64,000 nucleotides of DNA from positions 6,986,512-7,050,511 of the forward strand of contig JAHRHZ010000267.1 in assembly GCA_024137785.1 (NCBI GenBank), read 5' to 3'. Shown here piece by piece: positions 11,413 through 26,005 of this stretch. The position numbers and the translations under genes were made by a program. Position 1 is the first letter of the stretch. Every line of letters begins with the position of its first letter. The DNA is from Ginglymostoma cirratum. Its lineage: Eukaryota. The notes under the pieces were generated by a model. It worked only from the letters and a program-made list of their open reading frames with translations. It was not told the origin of the DNA and did no database searches.

Positions 11413-13954
11413 TTTGCTGATTCCTTCACTTTCCAGACTTCTGATTTCTGCCTCTACTTTTGCCTTGCAGGATCATGGAATTGCCTCCTGGTCAACTTAC
11501 AAGATGGCCTTGGCTCCTTTCAGAGTTCCTAACCTTCCTGAGAAACTGTTGGGTATTTAATTCGGGCTTCACACAGGCAGCCATATTCTAATCGAAAAAT
11601 GTTGAGCCAATCAAGGTGAATCTTTCTCCGCCAATTTCGCCCATCAGGCTTGGGCTGACACTTTTAAATACAATCAGTGCTTACCCAACCAGCTTTTTTT
11701 GACATCACCTTCCAAAACCATGACATCCACCGCCCAGAAGGACAGGGCAGCAGATGCACAGGAACACCACTTACAGTTCCTCCCAAAACGACACACCATA
11801 CTGACCTGAAATAAACTGCTGTCCCCTCTGTTGCTGGATTAAAATCATGGCATTTCCCTTGAACACCATCATAGGTTTCGGGTGTACGTAACCATCAGGG
11901 ACTGCCAGCAGTTCAAGAAGGCAGCTTACCTCACCTGCTCAAGATCAATTAGGGATGGACCATTAAAATGTTTACTTCACTGGGGATAGTTGTCTGGGCC
12001 ACTTCAGAACCCAATCAGGAGTCAATCATATCGGTATAGCCACAAAAAGTATCCTTCTTTTAAAAAAAATCCTTCCTTAAAAAGGATATTAGAGAACTAA
12101 TTGAGTTTTTACAGTAATCCAAAACGATCATTTTTACTGACAATTGCTTTTTATTAACAAAAATCTAAGTTCAAATTCTCAAACTATGAAGTGGGATATG
12201 AACTCTCATTCTCTAGATTATTAGTTCAGACCTTCTGTACACTTGTTCTGTTATATCACTACATTTGATTAAATCAAATGTTGGTGTTACTGAGTTAAGT
12301 TCACTAAGCTTTTCATCTCTCGATGCTGTACTTCCCTTAATACACCTTCAGCTCTTCCATCACAGGCCAGATTCTCATTCTCATTCTCATTCTCCTTCAG
12401 TATCACCTGCAGCTGCTGCTCCCTTACCCACCATATCCCCAACCTCTGGAAGACCCTATCTCAGCTCCTCCACATCACCTCCCAACCTACTTCAGAAGCT
12501 CCCTAAAGATTTCTCCTCAATCATAACTCTCTTCCATTCAATCTGTTGATGGGATCAATGTGCAACACGTAGCTGCAGTCATATTAATAAGTGCATTCAA
12601 AATTATCAATAAAATTTATTATGTCGTAAACAGCTAAACTTTTCTTTCTGAAAAGCTGTTAGCTTAAGGTGAAGTCAAATACCTGAATGTATGGCCTGTG
12701 AAAGGAAATGGCAGTGTTTAGTTCATTTCCCAAAGCCAAATATCCTGAGCATTGCTGAACTTACATGGTATAATCTGGTCTGAGCATGCAATACACAGCT
12801 CACTGATCATTGAGATAGACTGCAAGGTCATTATTCTTCAATGCATGTGTTAGAATCCTTGTACATTTGTTATCATTATGTGAAATCACAAAAATGCATT
12901 TCATGGTTACAACATTTCCAGGTTTTCACAATTACATGAATAAAACATGGCATCGAATGTAATGCAAACCTGTGGTTCAAATGCAAGTCAGGATATGGAA
13001 GACTCTCACTTTGCCTTGCTGAGCGCAGTGCTAACATAAGTTTATCACCAAGAATAGAACAGCCTGTTGAAATAGAAATCCATCCTCCATCAGCCAAAAT
13101 GGCAGCAGTGTACACCCTCAACAAGATGTAACTCAAACAATGGCCTCTGTCACTGCATCTCTGATTCATTACCCCTTCCCCCTTGAACAGTACAGCCCAA
13201 ACCTTTTCCCACAGTTACGTCATTTTGAAACTTGAAAACTACCATAGCCTCCCTTTGAGAAGGGAGGGATAATAGTCAATCTTTAGGGATTTTAAGTTAT
13301 TTTTCTTACTATTGGCGATTTTTTTTTGAAACAGCAGTCAGTCCTTGAAGATCAATCAGTTAGGCTGCATGCAACATTAAAAAGACAACACAATGACTTA
13401 AGAGAGGCTCAGAGTGGTTAACACTCAAAGCTCCATGGCAGCCACTGCTAGCTTAGAATCCATGATCCCAGGATCTAATCCCACAGTTTTGCAAGCTCTA
13501 CCATAAAAGGACATAGGCAGCACATATACAAATACCACAATCTCTAAATTTCATTCCAAGTCAGATATCAACCTGACTCAGAAAAACCACCATCCCTCAA
13601 TTAGCACCAAGTCAAAATTCCTGAACCTGTGTAGCGGGACACAATTCCAAAACTTGCAAGAGACACCACATTTGAAGGTATTGTACATTGCAAGGAGGAT
13701 AGTGATAGACCTCAAGAGGACAGAGGTCAGCTGGTGAAATGCTCAGCCACAAGACGGATGAAATTTCATGCAGGAAAGTGCTAAGTGGTACATCTGGGTG
13801 GAAGTATTTGGAGAGGCAATTTAAAATAAAAAGGCACAATTCGATTGCAGGAATCTGAGCAGAGGCATCCAGAAGTGCTTGCCCATAAATCATCAGGTTG
13901 AGAAACTGTTAAGTAAGACGTATGGACATTGGACTTTATAAATTGAGACATAAG

Positions 13955-14900
13955 GTTGAATTCTCCCATTTTTTAACAAGGTGTTTTCTTAAGTAAGATT
14001 CAGGGCAGCCAGTTGACCGTGCCCATGTTGACTTTTCTCATGAAGTTCCTGCTCTTCATCTCACTAATTAAGGCACTGGAGAGGTCAGAGGAATTGTGTG
14101 ACAGGAGAGATGAAAGTGCTCGCTATTGCCAGGACTTTGTGATAGTCACTCATCAGCATCGTTTTTAAACCCCAGCTCTACAGCAGTTCAGGTGCTGCAA
14201 GTCAGGAACTGCCTCTCTCACTATGGTGCTCCAGCAGTATCCTCAAGGAATGGCCTCCAGAAAGGCAAGTTACCTCCTTGACTGGCTGACAAGACAGTGG
14301 ATGTGGTTGTGGAAAAGAAAGCAGTGAATTTTCCTGCTGACCAGCAAAAGGAGGCTCCAAAACGCTCAGCCAGCCTGGACCCAGGAGGTAGCCTTAATCA
14401 GTGCAGTGTGCCAGGTGGAATACAGCACAGCAGATTATAAGAAGGCTAATGACCTTTGGTGCTCTACAAGGAGAGGTGGCACCATCTTTTCTCTGCTAAT
14501 TCACATTCAAAAGGCCATTGCTCAAACATTGCAATGGCACAAACTCTCATCAAAGCTCATGGAATACAAATATCATTATTGCTTCCATCAAGTCCACTTA
14601 ACAGCTCTCACCCATCTAATTCTCCCAAACTACATACGCTTCCGGCCCTCTGCGCTTTCTACTCCGTCACTGGAGACACCTTATTGCCTCTCCTGTCCAT
14701 GCATCATCACCAAATGCTCTTCCATCCACTGTTATCATACTTAACCTCCCCATTTGTCTAAATGCAGGAAAAATTGGCTCAACCCTCAGACTGACCTCTC
14801 CACAGCAACGCTGACTCACATACAGTACCTGCAATCCCCAGACTGATTGCATCAGACCTATAGACTGACTGAGACCATTTAACTGGTCCCATTTAATTTT
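13955..14900 (+). mobile_element. Harbinger-like DNA transposon relic with decayed Myb/SANT ORF
   Basis: 14250-14470 translates across frameshifts to VDVVVEKKAV.FPAD..QPAWTQEVALISAV..YKKANDLW, resembling the Harbinger Myb/SANT-like ORF. Confidence 0.45.
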
Positions 14901-17249
14901 CAGACATGGCTTTTGGCTGGAGTACCTATATGCAAATGTGTTTGTCGTCTAAGCTGCTGGCACATACTGTAGTTGTGACATTACGTAGCACGGTGCAGCA
15001 CCACAACATGTTGGCTGGAGGTGGTGCTACATCACTGCAGTTTTCTGGTTTCAACAACTGTAATCTTTTAACATTTTTAAAATGCTATCCATTTCATGAC
15101 AAAATGTCAGGGGTGAGGGTGGGAGTGCCCATCACAGAACTACCGCTGTAGCCCCCATTTGTAGATCATATTCCTGTCAAACAAAATACCACTTAGAGTA
15201 AAGCCTGATTAAATTATGCTTTTTCTATCCGTTTTGCCAGAAGACTAGCCTGGGAGGCATTTTCAGTAGCAATATTAAACAGCTCCATGATGCTTCACTT
15301 TAGAATAAGAACTTGCAGCGATAAAATACACTACTTACTGTAAACGGTAACCATCCAGCTGCAAGATACAGCATTTACTGTTTCTGCAAACAGACACATG
15401 CAACAAATGCAAGTGATTAATACAGTCAATAAATAATATTTCAGAACTCCAACAGTATTCGTAATTTACAGCAGTGATCATTGACCTCATCAGCAATGAA
15501 AGAAAAGGCTCAAAAATATCAAGGGTGAGACAAAAAACAAATCGGATTCAAAAACAACAGACCTGAGGTTTGACATAGTCCCATGTTAACCATTTCTCTT
15601 CACGAAAAAGGAGACTTCTTTTAAATTATTTTTACCATTAATCATTCAATATCCTGCAATCCCTAAACAATTATTCGTATAATAATCAGTGGAGTCACAG
15701 CCAAATGAAATGCAAATTTAATCAAATATAGGTCTTCTCGTTTTATAATTTATTTCTTGCAGTTAGCATAGTATGCAAAAATTGTAAAGCACCACGGAAC
15801 AAAAATAAAGAAAATGGAACAGAACAATAAAAAAATCAATTCACAGAAAATTATGGCAATTTTAAAAAGTCTCTGGGATGAAAAAAGGGTCAGATATTAA
15901 TTATAGCATATTCAACAAAACGGAAATGTCCTCGTTCTTTGGGAAGATGTGGACATGCTCTGATAATTAAAAATGTGGAGCATAAATACCTTCCACTTTC
16001 GTTGTTGGAAATCACGTACCTATTAGTAAAGGAAAGGCAGAATTGTGTCCCTGCTTCTCTGCTGACACCTACCACTTCCTTTAACTCTCTCAACATTGCT
16101 TAACTTCATTCCTACCATCCCAACCACTGAAAAATCTCAAGTCCAAATCTTCACCTCAAAGCATGACTTCTCAGAACAATCACCTGACCCGCACTGTACC
16201 AGTTTTCCTGAAGTTAAAATTGACTAAAATGCTACAGTCCACCACAACTCTTGCACAAGACTTAGGCTGCTACCCATATACTAGCCAAGTAACTCCAAAA
16301 TTCTATTCACCAATTTCAAATGATGTGCATGGTGACACTGGGTGTAACCTCAGTGACCTCTTATAGTTATGCATCCAATTAACCAGGGGAAAACCAAATT
16401 CAATGGGATATGGATGGAAATCAGTTGAACCTGGAGTTAGAGATTAGCAAGAAGAATCAGTAAGTGAACGATGGATTACCTTCTGAAAGGTGCTATTTTG
16501 GGCACAGGCAAGGTAGATCCCCTTTAAATGGAAAGGTAGGGCAAACAAAGCAAGAGGTCTCTGGATGGCAAAATAGATAGAAATTAAGATAAAGTGTGCT
16601 TGTGACTGATGTCAGCTAGAAAACAACGAGAACCAGGCTGAATAAATGTGGTTCAGAGAGATGACAAAGTGAATAAGAGAAGCAAAGAGAGAACCCAAAA
16701 TCTTCTGCAGGGAAGTAAATAGCAAAACACTATATAGATAAACCAGTCATGAACACTGGAAGTGACCCAGGCAAGATATTGGCCTGACAGGAAATGGCAA
16801 ATCAGATGAGTCAGCAGAGCTAGAAATGAGCAAACAAAAAGGGAAACATTAAGGGAATTATCCTTTCACTAACCCATGGAGCAATTCCATGACTTAAATA
16901 TTGCATAAGCATTGGCAATAGCATAGGTGGTTTGCTCGTTTAATACATAGCCCCTGTACAGTTTTCTGGTAATTTTGCAAAGCGCTGCTCATTATACTAC
17001 AATTATTTCAGATTAGCGCACAAATCCTACAACATGAACATCAACAGTACACAAAAAAATCAAATTAATATCCTAAATACAATGCTAGCAGCATCAATGG
17101 CCTGTTTTCAATTTAGTTTGAATTCAAATTTAATTTCAAATTAGGTACTTTGTATTAAAAGTAGATGCATAATAGAGAACAGACACTGGAATATTTCAAG
17201 GTCATAGTCAAATCCCTAGGTTCAGATACTGATTCACCAATCAAGCAGC

Positions 17250-17445
17250 ACCAGAAAACACTCAACAAATCAGGAAGGATCTGTCAAGAGAGAAACAGTT
17301 AATTGTTTCAGGTAGTTCACTTTTTAAAATTAGAAGTTAATGAAAGGTTATCAATCTGAAATGTTAACCGTTTCTCGCTCCACAGATGCTGCCTGACCCT
17401 ATGAGTATTTCCAATATCTTCTTTTATTTCAGATTTTCAGCATTT
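17250..17445. mobile_element. Old Penelope-derived palindromic remnant
   Basis: Inverted arms gaaaacactcaac..gagagaaacagttaa..tttcagg and ctgaaatgttaac..ctccacagatgctgcctgacc; decayed hammerhead-like core. Confidence 0.55.
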
Positions 17446-19219
17446 ACTTTGCATCCAAGGGATGACTAGATTAGCACTTAACAGTTCAAGTTTCATCAAA
17501 CGAAGCCATTTAGCAAGCAGGAATTTACCAGCAAAGGCGAATAGCAAAACGGTGATCTCTAAATGAATAAGTGAAACCACAGCATACATGAATGATTAGA
17601 AGAATCCAACTCATCAGATCTTATTTTAGCTACATTTACACCTCAGAGGAACAGAAGTAGTTTCTTGTTAAGACACTGAATGAGACGAAGAGGAGTGATA
17701 AGTGGACTTCAGACTTTAATTTTGTTTCTTTGTCCACAGATACTGCCAGACCTGCTTAGTTGTCTCCATCACCTGAATACTTTACTTGTATTTTTAGCCA
17801 TCTGACTGCACATTTCTTTATTTTAAATTATAACTAACATTTAAAAAAAAGGGAAAGAATATATATATTTCACAAAATAAGGCAAAAAAATCAACCCCAT
17901 AATTAACAATGTAGAGTCCACATTAGAAAAGACAAAATCTGACTTATCTGGTGATCATGAAGCAGTAGTCCCGATGATTTGTTAAGTTGCACCAAAATGA
18001 ACTAAATCAGTAGAAAACTTTACGGAAGAGGAATTAAAGTCTTATTCAGTCAAATTCAGATGCATTCTTCTCTTCAGTACCATGTTGCAAATTTAGAAAA
18101 GAGCTTTAATAATTGCAAAGCTTAAAACGTTGTACATCCACGTGGTTCTGCTAATTAAATACATCCTAAATATATTTGTAGTTGCAATGTAAGTAGATGT
18201 GAATCCACCGCATGGCTCAGTCCCATTCTCGGCAAAGCAAGTGAGCAGACAATTCGTCTTGGTGGTGTCAAATGAGAGATACACGTTAACCAGGACAGTG
18301 AGAGAACTCAGTCCTTCCTTGTTGAGCAGAACCACAAATCTTTGACATCAACCTTCATGGACAAATGTCTCAACAGAAGGACAGCAAATGTTACAATGTT
18401 ATACAGTTTCATTATCAGCATCAAGTCTCTACAGTGAGGTTTGAACCCATAAAACATCCAACTCCAAAGCAGTGGCCATGGATAACATAAATATCCTCAA
18501 TGATATTCACTTGAAATTGATTTTTAAAACATAATTAGAAATACAGCTAGGACCAGGATTAGGCTAGAATTACATCAAAATTAATCAACTCAACTAAATA
18601 TAAGATTCAATTTCTAAGTATTGCAATGATTCTGATTGGGCATCAATTTACTTAGTGAGGGAGTAAATGGGTTGGCTAGAATCATACAAGAACAAATCCA
18701 AAGATAGGCTTCCAGAACTACTTCTATGATTCCTCCCTTCATTTCTTTCCCTTCAACCCCACTTGCACAAGACGAGTAGAGATGGTACCTCTATACCAGT
18801 ACTGAAGAGCTGGTTGCGTGTGGATCATTCCTTTTGAGAGTATCATTGCAAAGAATTGCTGATATTTAAATAGATCAAAAACTGATTCGGTATAATAATT
18901 GGCTTAAAAAGTGGCATTAGGACTTCAGGAATGGATAAGGCACAGATCTTTGGAACTTGGCTTATGTATTTGTTTGCACTCTGTTATAATAAGGATCACA
19001 CAAATCATAGAATTGTTGTGGTGCAGAATGACGCCATTTTCCCATTGTGCCTGCAATGGTTCTTCAAGCAAGTATCATTATTTAGTGTGAATCTCCTGCA
19101 TTCTTCCATAGCCTTGCACAATACTTCTATCCAAATAATCATCCAATGTCCTCTTGAATGCATCAATTGAATGTATTTCCACAATCTTTCCAAGCAGCGC
19201 ACTCTATACCCTAACTACT

Positions 19220-19690
19220 TGTTGTACAATCACAAGACGGAAGAGCAGATGTGCAGTTCAGCCTGTCAGGTCTGCACTGCCATTCAATCAGACCACGGCT
19301 GGTCTGATCATCAATTCCTTTCCTATCCTTCCTCCCCAGTCCCAACCCGAAAACCCTTGAATTCCTTGTTGAATAAAAATCTGTCTGTCTCAGCCTTGAA
19401 CTTAATGAGCCAGTCTCAACAATCCTCTGTCGTTGTCATCTGTATGTTCAACATGTGACAGCATATTCTGAGAAAGTGCCCTCCGGTCCTAGACGCTCCC
19501 ACAAGAGGAAACAACTCTTCAACATCCACCATATGAAGTCCTCTAAGAATCCTGTTTGTTTCAATAAGGTCATTTCTCATTCTTCTAAATTCCAATGAGT
19601 ACAGGCTCAACATACTCAAACTCTCTTCATAAGGCAGCCCCTCTATACGTGGAATCAGCCTTGTGAACCTTCCCTGGACTGCCTCCAATG
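19220..19690 (-). mobile_element. CR1 LINE 3' fragment
   Basis: ORF 19416-19694 reads LEAVQGRFTRLIP..YEESL..LYSLEFRRMRNDLIE. Confidence 0.85.
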
Positions 19691-19799
19691 TCACTTTACT
19701 TTTCCTTTGATAATGGGCCCAAAACTACTTACAGAATTGAAAAAGATTTTTCTCATGACACCCTCACTTCTTATGTGCATCACTCTGAATCTATGCAAA

Positions 19800-21070
19800 G
19801 AACAAAGAATAAAAACAAAGAAAATTACAGCACAGGGACAGGCCCTTCAGCCCTCCAAGCCTGCACCAACATGCTGCCCATCACAACTATAACCCCCTAC
19901 CCTTCCAGGGACTGTATCCCACTATTCCCATCCTATTCATGTATTTATCAAGACACCCTTTAAAAGTCACTATCATATCTGCTTCCACCACCTCCCCGAG
20001 CAGCGAGTTCCAGGCACCCACGACCCTCTGTGTAAAAAACTTGCCTCATACATCACCTTTAAACCTTGCCCCTCACACCTTAAATCTGTGCCCCCTAGTA
20101 ACTGACTCTTCCACCCTGGGAAAAAGCTTCTGACTGTCCACTGTGTCCATGCCCTTCATAATCTTGTAGACCTCTATCAGGTCAACCATCAACCTCCGTC
20201 ATTCCAATGGGAACAACCCAAGTTTCTCCAACCTCTCTTCATAGCTAATGCCCTCTATACCAGGCAACATCCAGGTAAATCTTTTCTGTACCCTCTGCAA
20301 AGCCACCACATCCTTCTGGTAGTGTGGCGACCAGAATTGAACACAATATTCCAAATGCGGCCTAACTAAGGTTCCATAAATCTGCAACATTACCTGCCAA
20401 TTTTTAAACTCAATGCCCCGGCTGATGAAAGCAAGCATGCTCTATGCCTTGTTGATGACCTTCTCCACCTGTGTTGCAACTTTCACTGACCTGTGTACCT
20501 GTACACCCAGATCTATCTGCTATTAGTACTCTTAAGGGGTCTGCCACTTACTGTATATTTTCTATCTGGATTAGACCTTCTGAAATACATTATCTCACAT
20601 TTTTCCAGATTAAACTCCATCTGCCATCTCTCTGCCCAAGTCAGCTACCGATCTATATCCTGCTGTATCCTCTGATGGTCCTCATCACTATCTGCAATTC
20701 CACTAACCTTTGTGTCATCAGCAAACTTATTAATCAAACCAGTTACATTTTCCTCCAAGTCATTTATATATATTACAGACAGCTAGGGTCCCAACACTGA
20801 TCCCTGAGGAATGCCACTAGTCACAGCCCTCCATTCAGAAACGCACCCTTCCACTGCTACCTTCTGTCTTCTATGACCAAGCCAGTGTTTTATCCATCTT
20901 GCAAGCTCACCTCTGACCCCATGCGACTTTACCTACTGTATCAGTCTGCCATGAAGGACCTTGTCAAAGGCCTTACTGAAGTTCGTGTAGACAACATCCT
21001 CTGCCCTACCCTCATCGATCATCTTTGTCACTCAAAAAACTCAATCAAGTTAATGAGACACGACCTCCCC
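19800..21070 (-). mobile_element. CR1/HER1 LINE RT-to-3' fragment
   Basis: ORF 20199-20438 reads LVRPHLEYCVQFWSPHYQKDV..LQRVQKRFT; FADD region near 20720; aacaaag-type tail at ~19800. Confidence 0.9.
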
Positions 21071-21720
21071 AAACTGATCATCACCTTGCGCTCTTGCTCA
21101 CGTCCATTTCATGAATCAGCTTCTCCTATCTACTCTATCAAGCCCACTAATGATTCTGAAACCATCTATCAAATCTCCTTCATCGTTCTTCTCTGCAAGG
21201 AGAATATCCGCAACTTCTTCAATCTATCCTCATAACTAAAGTTTCTCCTTCCTGGCACTATTCTTGCAAATCGCTTCTACATGCTCTCCAATGCATTCAC
21301 ATCTTTCATATAATGTGACATCCAGAACAATAAATAATACTCCAACTGAGGTGTAACAGTGTGTTATACAAGTTCAATATCACCTCCTTGCTCTTGTCCT
21401 GTATGCCGCTATTCATAAAGCTAAGAACACACTATGCTTTATCAACTGCTTGCTGCACTTCTCCTGACAACTTCAAATGTTCTGTGCACATATGCACCCA
21501 GGTTTGTCTGCTCCTGTACCCTCTTTAGAATTGTGTCCTCTATTTTATATTGTCTTTCAATGTTCTTCCCACCAAAGTGCATCACGTCACATTTCTCTGC
21601 ATTGAACCTTACATGCCACCTTTGTACCCAGTCCAATCTGTCAACGTCCTTTTCAAGCTCAACACGGTTCCTCTTTCAGTCTACAATTCTTCCAAGTTTC
21701 ATGTCATCTGGAAACACTGA
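21070..21720 (-). mobile_element. Older CR1 LINE fragment
   Basis: ORF 21442-21636 reads DWVQRWHVRFNAEKCDVMHFG. Confidence 0.75.
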
Positions 21721-23819
21721 ATTTTGTATCCACAGAGTTACTGACCTGCTTACACAATATCCTACAACCTTCTTCACAAGTCTGTTATAAGATGCTGTCT
21801 AGTTTGAATATTTGCAAGGAAACTCCAAAATTATACCAGAAACCACTCTACAGAAAGGAGATGTCCCAAAGTCATTTCAAGTGCTATTCAAAGTTATAAA
21901 CATTGCACATTGCATCTTCAAGATTGAGGGAAAAAAAGAGTTCCCATATTCTGCAAATCTGCATGTTTTATAACTGAAATTAATAAACCTCCTTTTAGAG
22001 AAAAACCACACAAGCTACTGAACAGTGAAGGAATGGTAAAAGGGATCCAGAGAGCTCAGAAATATCCAAGTGAAATATAATTTATTATTGCAAAAGTCCA
22101 CCACTACGTGTTCCATCTTCTGATAAAAATGAAGGAAACTGTGGTACAGATTTTTTAGCTGTAAATACTGATTCAAAACTCTGGAACATTGGATCTGTCT
22201 ACGACATTGTCGGATTAGCATGTACTTATTCAGTTATTCTTTCCTCAAAGGAAACATTTTGTTTTCCCAGTATCAATATTAGCCTAGTATTCCAGATCTC
22301 AGTTATCTACTTTGCAATGAGAAAGCAGCAAATTTAGAACAAGCAGATTTACAGTAGGATGAGGAAACCTTTTGCCTCTGGAACATTGAGATCTTTGGTG
22401 TGTACTGTCAGATAATCAAGAGGGAAAAAAAGCTAGTTCGGTCTGCATTTTTTTAGCAATTGGTATGTACATTTATGTTTACTTCAAAGACTACTTCAGT
22501 AGGGCAAGAGAAAAGGGAATTGACAATGTCCTGTCAACAAGATGAACAATACTTTATTTGCATACCTCAGAAACTTCCCGAAGCCCTTAACATTTCATTG
22601 TAACCAGTCAATTAAGTAGATAAATGCAATAACCATCTTTTCACACAATTCTAAGAGGAACAGCTAAATTCATATGTAAAATATATTATTTGGGAGAAGA
22701 AGGTTGTTAAGAACTCTCAAAGAACTCCTTACTTAACTTCTATTTTTCTTTTAATGAAAACTTGAGCCACCTCAGAAAGTGAGTATTTCATCGAAAGAGT
22801 GGCACTTCAAACAATGGCGTTCTTGTTCTGTAATAAGTTGAAATGCCAGCGAAACTGTTAGAGACTTGGAGCATGGCTTAAACCAACCAATTTCTGCCTC
22901 AGAAATAAAACTATCACCAACTGAGTCAAAATGACATCTGTTTGGCACCTGATAGTGTTTGTTTAAGCTGATTTTCTCCTCAGACTGTTATTTCTAACGC
23001 TGTATTAAAAATAACAAAAATGCAAAAGACTGTTTTCCTTGCCAACTACTCAACATATGACTGATACCTCATGATTCAGTTCCTTTCATTACATATGAAT
23101 CAGAGGACTGCTGTGATATCTCCGGTCCCCAATTTATCAGAAAAATCAGCACACCTTATCCATTAGATCACAGATGACACAGAACACCCTAGAGTCTTCC
23201 GTCAAACTTAGAATCTGTGGGACCACAATTCTTACTAGAGAATATTCCTTGGAGACTGGCGTGGCTAAGTCAACAGAGAAACCTCTAACAAGCTCAACTA
23301 CACCCTAATATCCAGCTAAGCATAATGTTTTATTACAAATCATGTAAAATTCCAGCAGCCGGCTACCAAAACCTGTTTGTTGAAATAAACCCATATTATC
23401 AAAATTCACAGATTGTCACTTAATCTGATTCTGGATGAGCTGGGCCAGAAGTGTCTAAAACATAAATTAAAAATTTGCTTTCTCACTTATTTCTGTGCTT
23501 TACATTATTTAAAAATTGTAGCCTTCATGTTCAGTACAGAACAGGTAAGAGCCCAAACCATAAATCCCAACCCACTTCACAAAGGTGAAAACTAGACCGT
23601 AACTTTGGGGAGGTATTGGTGTAGTCTGGACGATCGATCTTAGGCTAATCTTCCGACAACCTGAGGTCAAATCCCATAATGGCAAATGGTTACATGTGAA
23701 TGCATTAAAACTGGAATAAGTGCAAACATGTAACCAGTTGGTTGTTCTCAAAACACACCTGAAATCTGTCATTCTTACTTCAGTTTGCCTATACGTACAC
23801 CTAGATCTAAAGAAATGTG

Positions 23820-25135
23820 GTCGGAGGGGATTTTCAGGGACAGGATTGATATGGATTTAGAAAGGCAAGGACTGATTAGGGATGGTCAACATGGCTTTGT
23901 GCATGGGAAATCACGTCTCACTAACTTGACTGAGTTTTTTGAAGTGATGAAGAGGATTGACAAAGGCAGAGCGGTGGACATTGTCTATACAGACTTCAGT
24001 AAGGCATTCGACAAGATTCCACGTGGTTGACTGATTATTAAGGTTAGATCATATGGAATACAGGAAGAACTAGCCATTTGGATACAAAATTGACTTGAAG
24101 GTAGGAGACAGAGGGTGGTGGAAGGTTGCTTTTCAGACTGGAGACCTGTGACCATCGGTGTGACACAAGAGTAGTTGCTGGGTACACTGCTTTTTGTCAT
24201 TTACGTAAATGATCTGGATGTGAACATAGGAGGCATGGTTAGTAAATTTTCTGATGACACCAAAATTGGTGGTGCAGTGGACAGCGAAGGTTACCTCAAA
24301 GTACAACAGGACTTCAATCAGACGGGCTGCTGGGCCAAGGGATGACAGATGGAGTTTAATCTAGATAAATTTGAGGTTCTACATTTTGGAAGGGCACATC
24401 AGGGCAGCACTCAACGATAAGGACCTCGGGAGTTACCGTACAAAGAGACTTTGGAGTGCAGGTTCATTGTACCTTAAAAGTGGAGTCGCAGGTAGACAGA
24501 GTAGCGAAGAAGTTATTTGGTATGCTTGCCTTTCTTGCTCAGTGCAGTGCGTATAGGAGTTGGGAGGTCATGTTGCAGCTGTACAGCACATTGGTTTGAT
24601 CACTTTTGGAATACAGTGTTCAGTTCTGCTCTCCAAGCTACAGGAAAGATGTTGTTAAACTTGAAAGGGTACAGAAAAGATTTCCAAGGATGCTGCCAGG
24701 ATTGGAAGGTTTGAGCTATTCGGAGAGGCTGAGGCTATTTTCCCTAGGGTGGAGGCTGTGGGGTGACCTTACAGAAGTTTACAAAATCACGACGGGCATA
24801 GATAGGGTGAATAGTCAAGGTCTTTTTCCCAGGGTAGAGGAATCCAAACCTAGCGGGCATATGTTTAAAGTGAGAGGGGAAAGAATTAAAATGACCTAAG
24901 GGGCAACTTTTTCACACGGAGGGTGGTGTGTGTATGGGATGAATTGCTAGAGGAAGTGGAGGAGGCTGATACAAATACAACATTTAAAAGGCATCCAGGT
25001 GGGTATATGAATAGGAAGGGCTTCGAGGGATACAGGCCAAATGCTGGCAAATAGGACTAGATTAATTTAGGATATCTGGTCAACATGGACAAGTTGGAGT
25101 GCAGGGTCTGTTTCCGTGCTGTACATCTCAATGAC
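23820..25135 (+). mobile_element. CR1/HER1 LINE RT-to-3' fragment
   Basis: QHGFVHGKSRLTNL..VDIVYTDFSKAFDKIP and EYSVQFCSP..LERVQKRF; HER1-like tail. Confidence 0.9.
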
Positions 25136-25898
25136 TAATACCCCAGAGACAGAAGTTCAAAACCAACCATAACAGCTGATGGAATTTAAATTTGATTAAT
25201 AAGTCTGAATTCAAGAACCTTTTCTTTATTTGCTTAAGTGTGGTGGTCGGAACTGGAAGTGATGCTGTAGTTACGGCCTAACCAGAGCCTGATAAAAGTT
25301 GACCATTGTGACCCAGTGCCTCTATTTACAAAATCCAAAATTCTACATACTTTGCTAACTACTCTTTCAATCCGTCTGCTACCTTCAGTAACCTAGACAT
25401 ATGCACCCCAAATCCCTCTATTCCTGCATATGTTTTGGATCTGAGCCACTAACTTTATTGGCTTTTCCTATCCCTTCTCACGAAATGCATCAGTACACAC
25501 CAGTCTATTAATTTTCAACTGACATTTGGCTGCCCATTCTGCTAGCCTGCGTTGTCCTTTTTGCAGTTAATAACTGTCATTCTCCTTGTCTGCCACTCTT
25601 CTAAGTTTGGCTTCATAGGTTGATTTTGAAATTTGACTATGCATTTGCCAGCTAGTACAGAATCTATTACCCTTCCCAATTTGCCTTGGGTGGGGATGAC
25701 GGCAAGTTGCCTTCTTCAGCCCACTGCTATCCAAGAGGGTAGATGCAATCATAATGCTGTTAGGGAGCAAGGTCCATGATTTGGTAGAGAAGGAATGGTG
25801 ATTTAATTCCATACATCATCTGCCCTCAGTGATGGATGTTGCAGTGAAGGAGCCATGGTACGTTGTTGTACTACATCTTGTAAACTGTGCCTCTGAAC

Positions 25899-26005
25899 GT
25901 TCTGAGGAAGGGTCACTGGACCAGAAACGTTAACTCTGGTTTTTTCTTCACAGATGCTGCCAGACCTGTTGAGCTTTTCCAGCAACTTCTGCTTTTGTTG
26001 CCTTT
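25899..26005 (+). mobile_element. Penelope-derived terminus with hammerhead motif, inserted in a LINE relic
   Basis: gttCTGAGGA-agGGTCactgGACCa-GAAA-CGTT-aac plus the shared tail. Confidence 0.75.

Larger units (their letters stand above)
8364..11695 (-). mobile_element. Degenerate 5'-truncated Gypsy/Ty3 LTR retrotransposon (protease end, RT, RNase H, integrase)
   Basis: Broken frames: PSLMGRNW (~11640), KPDGSIHLCG..YPVPRVEDL..FTKLDM, GLYQYVRLPYG..YLDNVLITG, HQGHPG..MLVRSYV, VTDN..F..PLYHPSSNGLAERA; RT-RH-INT order. Confidence 0.9.

Noticed and set aside
23535-23544. Plus-strand microexon-like motif ttcag|TACAGAACAG|gtaaga
   Set aside because: Isolated, with no plus-strand gene evidence; it shows that such motifs arise by chance
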